64,000 nucleotides of DNA from an uncultured Nitrososphaerota archaeon (GCA_963718895.1 CAVRAG010000007.1:480001-544000); one strand, 5' to 3'; positions 10,296-21,816 are shown, counted from the first letter of the stretch. A program made the numbers and translations. Notes: generated from the letters alone by a model not told the origin.

Positions 10296-10731
10296 CTATC
10301 GCCGCGACTCCTTCATCATCTCGATCAGGTGCTTCACTCCCCTGACCTGGCCGCCCTTTGACCTGCCTGTAGAGCTTCCGGTACTGGTCCTTCGATATCT
10401 CGTTGCGCTCCCGGGCGACCTTGAGCCTCCACCTGAGCGCCCTGACCTTCATGACCCACGCCTGTCTTCCTCGGGGTCCTTGCAGTCTTGGCGCCCCTGA
10501 GCGAGCCCGTGGCCCCGAGACTTGCCCTTCTTGTGCTTGGTCCTGGCCCTCCCTCTCGAGATGCCCTGCACCGGGGCCACCTTGATCGCCTCCCAGCCCG
10601 GCGAGCCCGCGGATAGTGCTCCTCGTGATCGCGTCCTGGATGAGGTCCTGCGCCTCTGGGTCGAAGATTATCCTGTCCTTGCCGACGCCTAGGACGTCGG
10701 CCGCGAGCCTTCTCTTACTTCTTAGGTTCAA
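10296..10731 (-). CDS. rpl19e: Ribosomal protein eL19 (frameshifted)
   Basis: NLRSKRRLAADVLGVGKDRI, WVMKVRALR and YRKLYRQVKG motifs. Confidence 0.93.
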
Positions 10732-11155
10732 TCACTCTCAACCTCTGTGGGTTCAGGACCCTGAGTCCCAGCTCTGAGGCCCTCTTCAGGATCTCCACCC
10801 GCTTCCTTCCGCCTACGGTACGGCCTATCCTGACGACGTCCTTCTCCGGGACGACCTTCGTCAGGTCGTGCGTGTTGTATACCAGAACCTCGATGTGCCC
10901 GCTCGAGTGATACCCCCGCACCTCGTGCGGTCCCCTGTAGCCCACCTTGACCCGCTTCGGGTAACCCTTGAACGACTTTCTGATCTTGTTGTCCAGCCCC
11001 TTCGGCTTCCTCCACTCCGGGTGGAGGCGGACGTACCTCCAGCTCTCTGGCCTGAAGAACTCCGGCCTATGCTCCGCTATGCTCTTCCTGACCTCGAGGA
11101 GTTTCTCGAGTTTGGGGGCCTCTGTGTCCATCTTTTTTGCGGATTTCTTGGGCAT
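10715..11155 (-). CDS. rpl32e: Ribosomal protein eL32
   Basis: RPEFFRPESWRY...WRKPKGLDNK...VKVGYR motif. Confidence 0.95.
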   Translation of the reverse strand: MPKKSAKKMDTEAPKLEKLLEVRKSIAEHRPEFFRPESWRYVRLHPEWRKPKGLDNKIRKSFKGYPKRVKVGYRGPHEVRGYHSSGHIEVLVYNTHDLTKVVPEKDVVRIGRTVGGRKRVEILKRASELGLRVLNPQRLRVIEPKK

Positions 11156-11158
11156 TGT

Positions 11159-11706
11159 TTACCAGCCTTTCTTCTTCTCGTAGACGTAGACGCCATCCAA
11201 GAAGATTCGCTGGTCCTTGCGCTTTATCTTGGTGGCCTGCTCTACGATTAGCAGAAGTCTGTCCAACGTCCTCGAGCGAGACACCCTTAATAATAATATC
11301 GTCGCCGTCTACAGTCACCTTGCAGTCACCGACTATCTTGGTTACCCTCGCGGAACGCTCGCCCATGAAGTTCTCGACCACCACCGTGTCGCCCTTTACC
11401 TTGACCGTGACAGGGAAGTGGGCGAAGACGACCTTCATCTTGTACACGTAGCCCTGGGTCACGCCCGTGACCATGTTCCTCACGAGCGAGGAGACCGTGT
11501 TGGAGGAGACGACGTCCTTCTTCTTGCCCGATGAACGATGTTATCTTGACCTTGCCCGAATCGACGTCGACGTTGACGTGAATCTTGTTGAAGTTCTTCT
11601 TCACGGTCCCGAGGGGGCCCTTGACCGAGAGTATCCTCCCGTCGACCGATGCGCTGACGCCGTCGAGGAGGTCCACGGCGTGGACCGCAGGCCCCTTAGT
11701 AGACAT
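11159..11706 (-). CDS. rpl6: Ribosomal protein uL6 (frameshifted)
   Basis: VKGPLG, NMVTGVTQGY, VFAHFP, ENFMGER and IFLDGVYV motifs. Confidence 0.93.
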
Positions 11707-12082
11707 AGCCAAGTAATCTCCCTCCAACGTTCTTCTCCTGCGCTTCTGTGTGCGACAGCACCCCTTCGGCGTCGAGACGATGAGCATCCCCACTCCGACC
11801 GCAGGAAGGTACCTGCTCTCCCACTTGTGTAGTCCTTCGCTTTATCGGGAACCGCGGGAGACCGCCCCGCACTTGTTGATCCTACCCAGAAGCTGGACCC
11901 TGAGCTTGCCCGAGACGCCGTCGTCGATGAACTCGAACTCGCCGATGTACCTCTTCTTCTGGAGGACGCGCATCACCTCGCTCGCCAGGTTCGAGGCGGG
12001 GATGACGACGCTTCCTTCTTCTCCTCATCTCCGAGTTCTGCAGGGAGGTGAAGAGGTTTGCGAGGATGTTGGTCACTGTCAT
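11696..12082 (-). CDS. rps8: Ribosomal protein uS8 (frameshifted)
   Basis: [23 protein letters not shown] and LIVSTPKG motifs. Confidence 0.92.
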
Positions 12083-12095
12083 CTAAGCATCTCTC

Positions 12096-12257
12096 CTAGT
12101 CGTACTTCCTGAAGCCAAGCTTCTCGGCAACCTCTCTGAAACACTGTCTGCAGAGGAACAGGTCGTAGCTCCTAATGACCGCTCCGTACTGTCCGCAGCG
12201 CCTGCAGTAGCGCGTCGACTTGCCATACTTTCTGACCTTAGGATGTCTCTCCTTCAC
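12096..12257 (-). CDS. rps14: Ribosomal protein uS14 (Zn-binding)
   Basis: Manual translation: [43 protein letters not shown]. Confidence 0.93.
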   Translation of the reverse strand: MKERHPKVRKYGKSTRYCRRCGQYGAVIRSYDLFLCRQCFREVAEKLGFRKYD

Positions 12258-12785
12258 TCTATGGTTACCCCGAATTCGCGCTTGAAGTACTCAATCGCTT
12301 CCGTCCTTGCTGACTACGTGGCTCCTTCCCGATGCCGTCCCGGCTTGTGCAGCCGTCCTCGAGACCCTGCCTCCCGGTCTCTCGAGGAGCACGGAGACGT
12401 TCATCCCCCAGATGCCTATCTCTGGGTCGTACCTTATGCCCGGAATCTCGATGTGCTCCTTCAGCCCGAAGGAGACGCTGCCTCTGTCGTCGAAGGTCGA
12501 CTCGTTCATCTTCTTCTCCCTGGCTGCCAGGAGGCGGGCTATCAGTTCCTTGGTCCCCTCGCCCCTTATCGTGACGACGAGCCCGATGGGCTCGCCCTTG
12601 TGGGTCCCGAAGTCCCTGATGGACTTCTTCGACTTCCTCGCGTTGGGCTTCTGTCCTGTTATCTGCTCGAGGACCTTCCTCGCCCTCTCGACCGCCTCGC
12701 CCGACTTGCCGACTCCGATGTTTACCACTACCTTGCCTACGGTGATTCGCCGCATGGGGGCCTCGACGGTCTGCGTCTGGCTCAT
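12254..12785 (-). CDS. rpl5: Ribosomal protein uL5 (C-terminal frameshift)
   Basis: [15 protein letters not shown] and [10 protein letters not shown] motifs. Confidence 0.95.
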
Positions 12786-12786
12786 T

Positions 12787-13510
12787 CTACTCTTGCACCT
12801 CTATCGCCGGGTTCTCGGTCCCGACCGGGAAGACCAGCCTCGCCGGGAGCTCCGTCTCTCCGCTCGGGAGGGAGATCGTGACCATCTTCTCCCTGGAGAC
12901 TCGTGCCCTTCTTCACGTCCGATTATCTTGCCCACCTGACCCGCCCTCTCTCCCGAGAGGACGAGGCCGAGCGAGCCCTTCGCCAGCTTGACGCTCGAGA
13001 CGACGCTCTGCTCCGGGACCTTCATGACCACGGCGTCGCCGGGTGACAGGCGCCAGCTTGTCGTCGAGCATCGACCGGCCGTCGTGGAACCCGTACTGGA
13101 TGTGCCCTCCGGTGACCTTGACTTCGAGCTTACCCGGCAGAGCTTCAGGTTGGCCTGCTCCTTCGCGACCTTGCCGCGGCCTGAGCCCGTCGGACGATGG
13201 TACAAGCCGGAAGGCCATCCCCTCCTTGGGCACGGCTATCACGTTGAACAGCCCCACCGGGAAGGAGGCGTCGTGCCGCGCGACGCCGTCGACGAGGACC
13301 TGAGAGTGCGAGAGGACGTTGTCGATCTCCCTCTTGTTCTGCGACCAGATGGAGGAGGTCGCGCTGATGGCCACTCCCAGCGAGTAGGAGTTCTGGATCG
13401 AGTAGGGGCCGGGGAGGGCTTGATGATGAACCGGCTGGACTTCCTCTCATGTCCCATGAGCGCGGGGCGCTCAGCCGCTTGAGACTCTTGCTACCGCTCT
13501 TCTTTGCCAT
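12787..13510 (-). CDS. rps4e: Ribosomal protein eS4 (frameshifted)
   Basis: [28 protein letters not shown] and HDGRS motifs. Confidence 0.92.
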
Positions 13511-13517
13511 TCTAGCT

Positions 13518-13812
13518 CTACTCTCCCTGCACCCTTCTCTTCCTGAGCTTGTCGTCGAGGTTGAGGCTGGTGACGACTACCTTCGAGGCGTCTATCTGCG
13601 CCAGCGCGGTCCCTCCGGCGATCTTCTCCCTGTTCACCCCTTCGACGAAGAGCTTCCCTCGCTGCGCCGTCGACCCGCGAGACCTTCCCTTCGATTCCCT
13701 TGAACCCGCCCCTGACTATCTTGACCGCGTCGCCCTTCCGGGGCCTGATCGTCTTCTTCTTGTACTTCTCGCGCAATTCGTCAGACAGCGGAGAACCAAA
13801 TTTCATTTCATC
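13518..13812 (-). CDS. rpl24: Ribosomal protein uL24 (frameshifted)
   Basis: LSDELREKY...[15 protein letters not shown] motif. Confidence 0.92.
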
Positions 13813-13817
13813 ATCAC

Positions 13818-14251
13818 CTATACAACTATCGAGGCGATGTTAGCAAGCCTTGGCCACTTCTCAGCTGCCTCGCTCGCCACGGGTCCCTTTATATCGGTAC
13901 CCTTCATCTCGCCCTCTGGGGTCACCAGGACCGCGGCGTTGTCCTCGAAGCAGACCCTCAGCCCGCTCACCCTTCTGACGGCGTACTTCTGCCTCACGAT
14001 CACTGCTCCGAAGATCTGTTTCCTCAGATCTGGAGGGCCCCTCTTCACGACGCAAGGATGTGGTCGCCCACGGAGGCGGCGGGATACCTGGCTGAGCCTG
14101 GTCTTGGCCTTGGATACCATGATGACCTTCAGCGTCTTGGCGCCGGTGTTGTCTGCGCAGGTGATGACCGCGTTGAGCGGGAGAGCCGCGTGATGTAGGT
14201 CTTGAACTCCTCGACTCCCTTGGCGGATACGGCTCTGGACTTGGTGGACAT
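13818..14251 (-). CDS. rpl14: Ribosomal protein uL14 (frameshifted)
   Basis: [22 protein letters not shown] and IKGPVA motifs. Confidence 0.95.
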
Positions 14252-14253
14252 CT

Positions 14254-14580
14254 CTACTTGCCGCTCCTAGTCTGGACCACGACGAACGAGATGGTCTTCG
14301 AAAGCGGCCTGCACTCGGCTATCGTGACCACGTCCCCCTCCTTGACCTCGATGCAGGGAGACAGGTGGGCGTGGACCTTGCCCCTCCGCCTCTCGTACCT
14401 GTTGTACTTTGGAATCTTGTAAAGGAGCTCCCTCTGGATTACGACCGTCTGCTTGTCCGAGATGGAGACGACTCTTCCGGTGAGTATCTTCCCCCTGACC
14501 TTGACGTGGCCGTGGAACGGGCAGCGGGAGTCGCCGCAGGTCTTCTTCGGTGGAGGCACCATCAGGCCGGCGGAGCTCAT
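14254..14580 (-). CDS. rps17: Ribosomal protein uS17
   Basis: CPFHGHVKVRGK, KYNRYERR and ECRPLSKT motifs. Confidence 0.96.
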   Translation of the reverse strand: MSSAGLMVPPPKKTCGDSRCPFHGHVKVRGKILTGRVVSISDKQTVVIQRELLYKIPKYNRYERRRGKVHAHLSPCIEVKEGDVVTIAECRPLSKTISFVVVQTRSGK

Positions 14581-14820
14581 ACCTTGGACCCCCTTGCGAG
14601 CCTGTCCTCTATCCTTCCGTTCATCTCGTCGCCATCACAACCTTACCGCTGTCCTTGATCTGGAGCACCGTCCCCGTCTTGGTCAGGACGACCTTCCGCT
14701 TCCCGGAGACAATCGTGATCATCCGCATACTCTCGAGCACGAGGGTGCCATTGACGCCAACCATGAGACGGGTTGGAGCACTGGACGACAACCACATCCT
14801 TTCCAAGGACTTGCATCATT
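14577..14820 (-). CDS. rnp1: RNase P protein subunit Rpp29-like (frameshifted, divergent)
   Basis: VGVNGTLVLES...DELKGRIEDRL; conserved position between rpl29 and rps17. Confidence 0.7.
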
Positions 14821-15022
14821 CTGTGACACCCTTCTCCTTCATGACCGTCAGGACCCGGGCGATGTCCTTCCTTATCCGGGGTATCTTCCCGGACTGCTTC
14901 TGGATCATCCCGCTGGCCGACAGGCCATTTAGCTTCATGAGTTCGCCCCTGAGCTCGAAGAGCCTGTCCCGGAGCTGATCCGGGTCCTGCTCTCTAAGGT
15001 TCTTAGCTTTCACTCTTGGCAA
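14816..15022 (-). CDS. rpl29: Ribosomal protein uL29
   Basis: LFELRGELM...IRKDIARVLT motif. Confidence 0.93.
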   Translation of the reverse strand: MPRVKAKNLREQDPDQLRDRLFELRGELMKLNGLSASGMIQKQSGKIPRIRKDIARVLTVMKEKGVTE

Positions 15023-16020
15023 CTTGTTCCACCGTTTGTACCGCGGCCGGCTCTACCGTCTCGTTCACCCCGGCTTCGACCCCGGGCACCTCGGCCACTT
15101 TCTCGTCCGTCACGGCCTCGCTGGGTTCGACCTTCTCTTCGGCCTGAGTCTGCGTCGTCTCCTCGGACTTTGGTTCGGCTGCCGGTTCAACCGCCGGTTC
15201 GGTCTTCGTCTCGGCGACCGGCTCTGGTGCCGTTTCCGCGGCTGGCTCCGCCTTGGGCTGCTTCCGACGAGTCCTTGTGTGGATGGCTGGTTTCACTTCG
15301 GCCTGGGGCGTCTCGACCTTCTCCCGGGGACCTGCGGAGTCACCGGCGCGCCCTCCGCTGCGGCCGGGGCCTCAGGGGCCGGGACGGCCTGCGGGGCCTG
15401 CGGCGCTTCGGCAGGTTGTTCCACATACTCCACCATCGGAGGTACCAGCGTCCTTGAGCGCTATCTTCACCTGTATGCCGATAGAGCCCGAGCTTGAGCA
15501 GAACATCCGTGGTCGCTTCCGACGACCCGCTTGGAGGCCTCGCCGCTCTTGGGGACGACGCCCATCCTGTACTTCTCGCTGTGCGACCTGTCACTCCTGA
15601 GCTTCCCCGCGACGCCGATCTCGACCCCTGCGCTCCTGCGGCCATGATCGAGTTCATGGTCCAGGTCGCGGCCCTCCTGAACGCCGTCCCTCGGGCGACT
15701 ATCTGCGCCGTCCGTGCCGCCATGATCCGCGGGTTGAGCTCGGGTTGCTCAACCTCGGAGACCGCAATCTGTGGGTTCGGGAGAGGGAACTTCGCTGCGA
15801 CCCGCTCCGTGAGATCCTTGATCCCCGTGCCCCGCCTGCCTATGGCGAGACCGGGACGAGTGACGAAGACCGTTATTCTGGAACCGACGGGGTTCTTCTG
15901 TATGTCGACGCCTGCGTAACCGGCTTCTCTGAGCTCTTTCTCTAGGTACTCGTCAATCTCCGCATAGGTCCGGTGCATCGCGAGGAGACTCTTCACTGCG
16001 CTCTTCTCAGAGGCAGACAT
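15003..16020 (-). CDS. rps3: Ribosomal protein uS3 with long Pro/Ala/Glu-rich C-tail (frameshifted)
   Basis: EAGYAG, TRPGLAIGRRG, AFRRAA and GKLRS motifs. Confidence 0.93.
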
Positions 16021-16482
16021 CAGAGTTCTCTCCCGACGAATTCGACATGGACCAACACGTGAAAGTTCGGGCTGCTGCTCCCGTGCGCTCTGGGGACGAA
16101 GTCCTTCAGGACCCTCCCGGCCAGGGCGGAGGAATGGATAAGGCGAACTCGGTCGGGGTCCAATCCCTTGAACTCGCAGTTCGCCTGCAGGTTGCGTAAT
16201 ACTGCGAGGATGGCCTTGGCCGGCTTGACAGGATAGGAGCCAGACGGGAACCCGACCAGCTCGCTCCTGTGTCCGACCTTAAGCTTGTGACGCCTGAACG
16301 GGATCGGGCTCTTCATCTCCTCGACGTTCTCGAGGAGCGCTATCGCCTTTGTGAGTGTCATCAGCCGTGATGGTATTGCAGATCTCACGGGCGGCCTTGG
16401 GCGAGATGTCAACCTCCCTCCCGCTAGCCCTGACATGAATCGCTGGGTCAAATGCCTTGAAACTGTATGCGAATTGAGGCAA
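16020..16482 (-). CDS. rpl22: Ribosomal protein uL22 (frameshifted)
   Basis: ISPKAAREIC, IPFRRH, YPVK and PRAHGSS motifs. Confidence 0.93.
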
Positions 16483-16656
16483 CTACCGGCTTCCGTAAAC
16501 CACGCTCGATTTCTGAAGAGCATAAATACTTTGCGAGGTCACAACGTGCTCCACCACCCGCCGGGTAGGAGAATCCGGTCGAGAGCGCAAGGGAATTGCA
16601 CTCATCACGCTTATACGGGTGGCCCTTGAGTTCGCCCAAGGCTGAGCCATCCGCAA

Positions 16657-18415
16657 TTGTGGTCCAAGGATTCTCACGTCAGTGAAATCGCGGTCGACGA
16701 CTCCTCCTACGAGACGGTTTCGTGCGATGTGCTGATTGTCGGCTCGGGCGGCGCCGGTCTCCGGGCCGCGATCGAGTCCTTCGACCGTGGCGCGAGCACG
16801 CTCATAGTATCGAAGGTCCTGATGGGGAAGGCTCACACGGTGATGGCCGAGGGAGGAATCGCGGCGGCCCTCGGGAACGTCGACCCGGGCGACAGCTGGA
16901 AGGTGCACTTTTCGGATACCATCGTCGAGGGCCAGAGCCTTAGCAACTGGCGGATGGTCGAGGTCTACTCGAAGGAGGTTATCGAACGGGTGCACGAGCT
17001 CGAGCAGTACGGGGCGCTCTTCGACAGGACTCCCGACGGGAAGATAATGCAACGACCCTTCGGCGCCCACACGTATCGCCGGCTCTGCTACATAGGAGAT
17101 CGGACGGGCTTGGAACTGATAAGGACGCTCGAGGATCAGGTCCTGAAGCGGAACATACCCTTCATGGATGAGGTCGAGATAACTGGGATCTTCAAGGATC
17201 CAACGCGACGGTCGCGTCGCCGGCGCTCTCGGCATCAGGATCTCGACGGGGGGGCTTCTGCTCTTCAAGTGCAGAGCAATCATCCTGGCGACCGGCGGCT
17301 GCGGGAGGGTCTACGAGGTTACCTCCAACTCCTACGACTGCACAGGGGACGGTCTCTCTCTTGCCTATCGGGCGGGCGCGGAGCTGCTCGATATGGAGAT
17401 GCTCCAGTTCCACCCGACGGGTATGATCTATCCGGAAGGAGTCAGAGGCTTGTTGGTCACCGAGGCCGTCAGAGGGGAGGGCGGCATCCTAACAAACGCA
17501 AAGGGCGAGCGGTTCATGGAGAGGTACGATCCGAAGCGCAAGGAGCTCTCGGCGAGGGACGTCGTGGCCAGGGCGATCTTCACAGAGATATCCCAGGGAA
17601 GAGGGACTGCCAACGGAGCCGTCTACCTCGACGTCACTCACAGGGGGGGCGAGTACATCAGGAAGAAGCTCCCAAGTATGTACTCCCAGTTCAGGGAGTT
17701 CGCCGGGGTGGACATCACGAAGGAGAAGATGGAGGTGGCGCCCACGTTCCACTACCAGATGGGCGGAATCAGGGTGGAGCCAGAGAGCGGGAGGACCAAG
17801 GTAGTGGGGCTGTACGCCGCCGGCGAGGTAGCGTGTGGCCTCCACGGTGCGAACAGGCTAGGGGGAAACTCGCTCGGCGACATCCTCGTCTTCGGAAGGA
17901 GGGCCGGTCTTGCGGCCGCGGAGTTCGCCAAGGTCTCTGACCCGGGGGAGGTGTCGGAGAAGGACGTCCAGCTTGAGGCGACGCGGATCCTGGGGCCGTT
18001 CGGGGTGAAGCTCGGCAAGAACGCTTTCGCGCTCAAGGAGCGAATCGCGGCGGTGATGTGGAAGTACGTCGGGATCGTCCGAACCCAGGCCCAGCTCGAG
18101 CAGGGCCTGGCCGAGATACTCGCCATAGGGGAGGAGGCGCGGGATGTCCAGGCCGTGGGCAAGAGGGCCTACAACCAGTCGTGGCTCAGCTCCCTCCAGG
18201 TCTGGAACATGGTCCTCGACTGTGAGGCGATCATTAGGTCGGCGATGGAGCGGAAGGAGAGCAGGGGGGCGCACACCAGGTCGGACTTTCCAGAGAAGGA
18301 CGACGGGAAGTGGCTCGTAAACATTATCACCAGGGAGGAGGATGGAAGGATGTCCCACGAACTTGTCCCCGTCCAGAAGCCTCCGGCGGAGCTACAGGAA
18401 CTCATCAAGGAGTAG
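16657..18415 (+). CDS. sdhA: Succinate dehydrogenase/fumarate reductase flavoprotein (frameshift near 17210)
   Basis: GSGGAGLRAA, AHTVMAEGG (covalent-FAD His), QFHPT, EAVRGEGG, HGANRLGGNSL and RKESRGAH motifs. Confidence 0.95.
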
Positions 18416-18422
18416 CTAGGGG

Positions 18423-19181
18423 ATGGCTACATCTGCTGTGGGAGCGAAGAAGGAAGTGAGGCTCAGGGTGTTTAGGGGAGTCGGCGACGACGCCTCTACA
18501 TACAGGTACGACGTCTTCACGGTCCCCCACGTGGAGGGCATGGTCGTCCTGAACGCGATGCACTACATCCAGAGCCACCTGGACCCCTCCCTGGCCGCCC
18601 GTTGGAACTGCAAGGCGGGCAAGTGCGGCTCGTGCTCGGCCGAGATCAACGACGTGCCGAGGTTGATGTGCAAGACTCCGGTCGATAGGTTCGAGGGAGA
18701 GATCACGGTCGAGCCGATGAAAGCGTTCCCGCTCATTCGCGATCTTGCGACCGACGTCTCTGAGAACTGGGCGGTCGCCAGGACCATCCCTCCCTTCACC
18801 CCCAGGGACAACGGGGGGAAGCCTTGGACGTTCTACGAACAGGATGTGGAGCGCTCGAGGGAGCTGCGGAAGTGCATAGAGTGCTTCCTCTGCCAGGACG
18901 TCTGCCATGTGGTGAGAGAGCACAAGGCGGACTACGTCGGGCCGAGGTGGGTGGTGAAGGCCGCGTCTCTCGACATGCACCCGATGGATGCCCTTGACCG
19001 CTCCGGGTACCTGAAGGACCAGGCAGGACTAGGCTACTGCAACATCACGAAGTGCTGCCAGGAGATCTGCCCTGAGCACATAGTCATCACGGACGACGCC
19101 ATAATCCCCGAGAAGGAACGGGTCGTCGACAGGAGCTACGACCCGATCCTCTGGGTCTACAGGAAGTTGCGCGGGAAGTAG
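18423..19181 (+). CDS. sdhB: Succinate dehydrogenase iron-sulfur subunit
   Basis: CKAGKCGSC, CIECFLCQDVC and CNITKCCQEICP cluster motifs. Confidence 0.95.
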   Translation: MATSAVGAKKEVRLRVFRGVGDDASTYRYDVFTVPHVEGMVVLNAMHYIQSHLDPSLAARWNCKAGKCGSCSAEINDVPRLMCKTPVDRFEGEITVEPMKAFPLIRDLATDVSENWAVARTIPPFTPRDNGGKPWTFYEQDVERSRELRKCIECFLCQDVCHVVREHKADYVGPRWVVKAASLDMHPMDALDRSGYLKDQAGLGYCNITKCCQEICPEHIVITDDAIIPEKERVVDRSYDPILWVYRKLRGK

Positions 19182-19191
19182 CCGCTGGGAC

Positions 19192-19380
19192 TCAGCCGAG
19201 CGCGATCGCGGAGACGAGGACCGCTAGCCCCAGAGCCCCGATCGCCGCCTCGTCGTTAGCCGTGGCCCCCATCGAGCTCGCGCCCACCTCTCCGAGCACG
19301 AGTATCACCAGGCCCAGCAGGAAGAGCGGGTACTTCCACGCCTTTCGGAACCTGGGTTTGGTCTCTCGCTCCAACTGCAA
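19192..19380 (-). CDS. Small two-TM membrane protein
   Basis: 62 aa with two hydrophobic helices, 4 nt downstream of the SDH anchor gene. Confidence 0.6.
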   Translation of the reverse strand: MQLERETKPRFRKAWKYPLFLLGLVILVLGEVGASSMGATANDEAAIGALGLAVLVSAIALG

Positions 19381-19384
19381 CCAC

Positions 19385-20077
19385 CTAGGATATCCTGAAG
19401 TCGACCGGGAGGCCCGCCTGGACCGCCCTCAGATAGAGGTCCGCGAAGATTATCGTGAGGAGGCTTATCCATGCGAGCTGCTCGTGGTGCCCGTTCCACC
19501 AGCTCTGCACACCGAAGACGGACCTGCGGGCGCTCCCGGCATAGGCGCAGGAGTAGCAGTCGATGTTTCCGCCCGCTAGGTGCCTGAAGGCGTGGCATGA
19601 CAGCGTCCAAGCGGTCAGCATGAGCGCGTTGGCGAGCAGGACCAGGCTCCCGAGCCTCAGGGAGAGGACTCCGGCGTAGACCAACGAATGATAGAAGTCG
19701 TAGTAGAAGAAGGGGAGGATTGCGATCCCTGCGTAGAGGAAATACCTGTGTAGGTTCTCGATCTGGAAGATGGCGCTCCTCTCCCCGGTGTACGGCTGCT
19801 CGTGGGTCTCAGACCGGTTCGGGTTGCTGCAACCGAGCGGGTGACGGAAGAGGTGCCTGTGATAGTCCTTGCGGTAGGCGTAGCAGGTCAGCCTGAACGC
19901 GCCGGGAAGCGGGACTATGAGCACCGTGGGGCTGTAGAACGGGTCGATGTACCCGTTCACCTGGAGGAGCGGGAACATGATGAGAGCACCGAAGCCCACG
20001 GAGAGTATGGCAAGCAGGCTCCAGAATCTCCAGTTGACCTCGATGAGTTCGTACGGGAGAAGGTACTTCTTGCTCAT
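19385..20077 (-). CDS. Succinate dehydrogenase membrane anchor, Sdh1/Rv0249c-like
   Basis: FRLTCYAYRK, HRYF and SCHAFRH motifs with about 5 TM helices; convergent with sdhAB. Confidence 0.75.
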   Translation of the reverse strand: MSKKYLLPYELIEVNWRFWSLLAILSVGFGALIMFPLLQVNGYIDPFYSPTVLIVPLPGAFRLTCYAYRKDYHRHLFRHPLGCSNPNRSETHEQPYTGERSAIFQIENLHRYFLYAGIAILPFFYYDFYHSLVYAGVLSLRLGSLVLLANALMLTAWTLSCHAFRHLAGGNIDCYSCAYAGSARRSVFGVQSWWNGHHEQLAWISLLTIIFADLYLRAVQAGLPVDFRIS

Positions 20078-20147
20078 TGTGATGAGGGTCCTTCCGTTGT
20101 CTGGCCTTTTGCGCCGATAATTAAGCTTGGCACGAAGAGGTGGGCAA

Positions 20148-20558
20148 CTAGTGGTCGGCGGGCTCTTCGAGGGCCGTCCCCAGATAGCCATAGACGCCCG
20201 TCTTCAGGACCTTCATCGAGAGCAGGGCGCACTTTATCCTCGCTGGGCCAAGGTCGGAGGTGCCAAGCATCTTCAGTATGTCCTCCTTTGAGAGGACCTT
20301 CACCCATTCGAGCGGGCGTCCCTTTGCCAGCTCCGTCAGCATCGAGGCCGAGGCCTGGCTTATGGCGCATCCCTTGCCGAGGAACCTGATGTCCTCTATC
20401 TTCTTGTCGGCCGAGACCTTGACCTGAATCTCTATCTCATCTCCGCAGAGAGGGTTCGAGTCTCTCGAGTCGATGTCGTGAGGGTCTAGCTTCCCGAAGT
20501 TCCGGGGGTTACGGTAGTAGTCGAGTATCAGCTCCCGGTAGATGTCGCTGCTGCTCAT
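20148..20558 (-). CDS. sufU: SufU/IscU-type sulfur-transfer protein
   Basis: NPLCGDE, GCAISQASAS and RIKCALL motifs. Confidence 0.92.
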   Translation of the reverse strand: MSSSDIYRELILDYYRNPRNFGKLDPHDIDSRDSNPLCGDEIEIQVKVSADKKIEDIRFLGKGCAISQASASMLTELAKGRPLEWVKVLSKEDILKMLGTSDLGPARIKCALLSMKVLKTGVYGYLGTALEEPADH

Positions 20559-21798
20559 AGACAGAATATCCTCCGGGCCTTGGAGAGCGCGCCCATTAGC
20601 GCGTCGACGTCGTCGCGGGAGTTGTAGACGTAGAAGCTCGCCCTGCTGGTCGCCGATAGGCCGAGCGTCTCATGGAGCGGCTGCGCGCAGTGCATGCCCC
20701 GACCTAATCGCGACGCCCTCCTCGTCGAGGATCGACGCCAGATCGTGTGGATGGATGTCTCCGAGGTTGAACGAGACGACCCCGCCCCTCCTGGACGCGT
20801 CCTTGGGCCCGTATACCGTTATGCCGGGGACGGACCCCATCTGCTCGAGCGCGTAGGCGGTGAGTTCCTGCTCGTGGCTCCTGACCTTCTCCATCCCGAG
20901 CGACTCAAGGTAGTCGATCGCCGCCCCGAGGCCCACGGCGCCCTCGACGTTCTGGGTTCCGGCCTCGAACTTGTAGGGCAGGTCGTTCCAACGGGCGCCC
21001 GAGACGTGCACCTCCTTGATCATGTCACCGCCACTCTCGAAGGGCTCCATGTCCTCGAGCACCTCCCTCCTCCCGTAGAGCACGCCTATCCCGGTGGGTC
21101 CGAGCATCTTGTGTCCCGAGAAGGCCAAGAAGTCGCAGCCCATCTTCTGGACATCGACCGGCATGTGGGGCACAGACTGCGCCGCGTCGACGACCGTCGT
21201 CGCGCCTGCGCGGCGGGCCAGAGAACAGAGCTTCTCGGCGTCGTTTATCGTCCCGAGAACGTTCGAGGCCTGGGTGAAGGCGACGAGCGCGGGCGACCGA
21301 TCCATGAGGCGACTCGAACTCGTCGTCCCTCAAGGTGCCGTCCGGGTTTATCCCGACGTATTCTATGCGGGCACCGACCTCCTTCGCTAGGAGCTGCCAC
21401 GGGACGATGTTGCTGTGGTGCTCCATTATCGTGAGGACGATGAGGTCGCCCTACTTGATGTGGCTGCGCCCCCATGCGTATCTGACGAGGTTTATCGATT
21501 CGGTGGCACCCCTCGTGTAGAGTATCTCTTCGAAAGCCCGTGCGTGGATGAAAGAAACGGCCTTCTTCCTGCCCTCATCGAATGCCTCAGTGGCCTCGAT
21601 ACTGAGCTGGTGGACTCCCCTGTGCGGGTTGGCGTTGTGCTTGCTGTAGAGGTCGACTATTGACCTGATGACTGACCTAGGCTTCTGCGTCGTGGCCGCG
21701 TTGTCAAGGTAGACCAGGCGGTTGCCGTGTATCTTCCTCTTCAATATGGGGAAGTCCGCCCTCACCTTCTCGACCTTGAGAGACTCCGACATCAACAA
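20555..21798 (-). CDS. sufS: Cysteine desulfurase SufS (frameshifted)
   Basis: YLDNAATTQKP, MEHHSNIVPW, FSGHKMLGPTG and RSGxHCA motifs. Confidence 0.93.
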
Positions 21799-21816
21799 AA
21801 GCGACCACCCAACACG

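Noticed and set aside
4050-16482. Programmed frameshifting or pseudogenisation of ribosomal genes
   Set aside because: Indels are numerous, scattered and hit essential genes whose residues are otherwise conserved; sequencing error is more parsimonious
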